Shown: positions 62,458 to 64,000 of the stretch, piece by piece | How positions within the stretch are numbered: the first letter of the stretch is position 1 | Layout: each line of letters starts with the position of its first letter | NCBI GenBank assembly: GCA_951406725.2 | Contig: OX597829.1 | Location: forward strand, 55,552,001 to 55,616,000 | Origin: Octopus vulgaris | Taxonomy: Eukaryota | DNA length: 64,000 nt | Direction of reading: 5' to 3' | Translations under genes and position numbers: made by a program | Notes under the pieces: generated by a model | The model's input: only the letters and a program-made list of their open reading frames with translations | Told to the model about the DNA's origin: nothing | The model's database searches: none

Positions 62458-63654
62458 AATGAGGAGGAGGAGGGGAGGAGGAGGGGAAGAGGAGGAAGAG
62501 GAGGTAAGGTTTGTTGATTACGTCGATCCCTGTGCTTGCCTGCTACTTTATTTTATCGATCTCGGAAGGATGGAAGACAAAGTTGACATCGATGGGATTT
62601 GAACTTAGATCGTATTGAACCGGAAGAAATGCCGCTAATTATTTTGTTCGACGCGTTCGTTAACGATTCTGCCTGCTTGTGTTACTATTATTTGTCACTT
62701 GTTTGCTTTTGAGCTAAGGGAATCTGTTCCTTTATTTTTAGAACGTGAACAAAATAGAGAATAGCTACATTCTTTTAGAATACCTTCTTTAACTTAATTC
62801 TTCCATCGTCAGTATCATCGGAAAAATCGAAAGGTTTGGATCACAGTGTGTCAAACACTAAATGAACCATTTGATGTCTACGGTATAAGCTGGCGTATTT
62901 TGTTTAGGTTTATTGATTTTCGACATTTCAAAGAAACCATTAATCAGGATATGGATATTTTATATTTGTGTTAATAAATGCAACTTTTTTAATGAATTTT
63001 CTGATTCTATCAAATGAAAACTTGCTTGTTCCTCGCAAAAATTCTCTGCCAGAACCGATTCTTTGAAAATACTCTACCAGACTAATTTAAGCTCTGAGCG
63101 ATTTCCGATAATCTGATAATCTAAAAGAGGCGATAACAATAACTCATAAAAATGGTAGTAGAGCTCAGATATGGAACTAAATACCCGTATCACTTAAAAT
63201 CATCTATTTCAAAAGTTTTGGGAGAGGAATATGTGCAAAATAATAATTAAGACTCACGAAAAGACTGAACTTTCGAATACAACTTTTCCAACATTGGAAC
63301 GAAATCTTTAGAACTTATTGCGGCTATTTTGATTTTGCCAAAAGATTTTGATTATGCCGACGGAATGTTTACGCATAGAATACACTAAAATACAAATACA
63401 GAGGACGAACTGGAATAAACTATTTCGACAGCTGTTTCAGGAGTACCATGGCCTATGCCGTACCACATTCATACATAATAGATGCGCGTAATGTCGCAGG
63501 TATATGTCATAACAAAAAGGTTCTATGGATATGTTAGGGAAAGCAAGGTCACTCTCACCGAAAGAAGAATGATAATATTTTGTAGTCCATGTAAATATAT
63601 GCATTAAGTCTATTTATGTTGTTTATCTGCCTGTCTGCCTGTCTGCTAATACCT

Positions 63655-63719
63655 CTGTATATGTACACGTGTGTGTGTATATATATATATACATACATAT
63701 ATATATATATGTATGTATG

Positions 63720-63753
<34 letters not shown>

Positions 63754-63772
63754 TATTTACACACACACACAC

Positions 63773-63815
<43 letters not shown>

Positions 63816-63958
63816 TGTGTAAATATATGTGTGTGTGTGTGTGTGTGCATGTGTAAATATATGTGTGTGTGTGTATCAGTGACATCTTCAGCGACACTTT
63901 CCGTCCTCGCATGTGTTCTTGCTCCGCTTAATCCATCACACACACACACACACACTCA

Positions 63959-63991
<33 letters not shown>

Positions 63992-64000
63992 AGACACACG
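63655..64000. repeat. (TA)n/(TG)n/(CA)n microsatellites
   Basis: Directly visible. Confidence 0.9.

Overview
AT-rich, microsatellite- and SINE-dense animal genomic DNA; the repeat families look like those of Octopus (inferred from recalled sequence, not from a search). The main gene is nidogen/entactin on the + strand, reconstructed by hand as 20 GT-AG coding exons from 2176 to the stop at 40666 (about 987 codons). The domain order is EGF, G2 beta-barrel, 10 EGF repeats, G3 YWTD propeller, terminal EGF. The signal peptide and NIDO/G1 domain lie upstream of the window, and a probable non-coding last exon starts at 42238. The rest is mostly transposon debris: several tRNA-derived SINE families, piggyBac- and hAT-type MITEs, RTE, R4/Dong, CRE and Jockey/CR1-like LINE relics, two gypsy-type LTRs and Tc1/mariner relics. 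The most notable observations are: (1) about eight short non-coding elements with minimal type-I hammerhead-ribozyme-like motifs, three with Penelope-like inverted termini and one with a tRNA-like Pol III head; (2) an LTR plus PBS-only insert resembling strong-stop DNA; (3) two local templated insertions, one copying part of a nidogen exon into an intronic fold-back; (4) a candidate minus-strand TATA/Inr promoter. Exon boundaries were counted base by base; most repeat boundaries are approximate.
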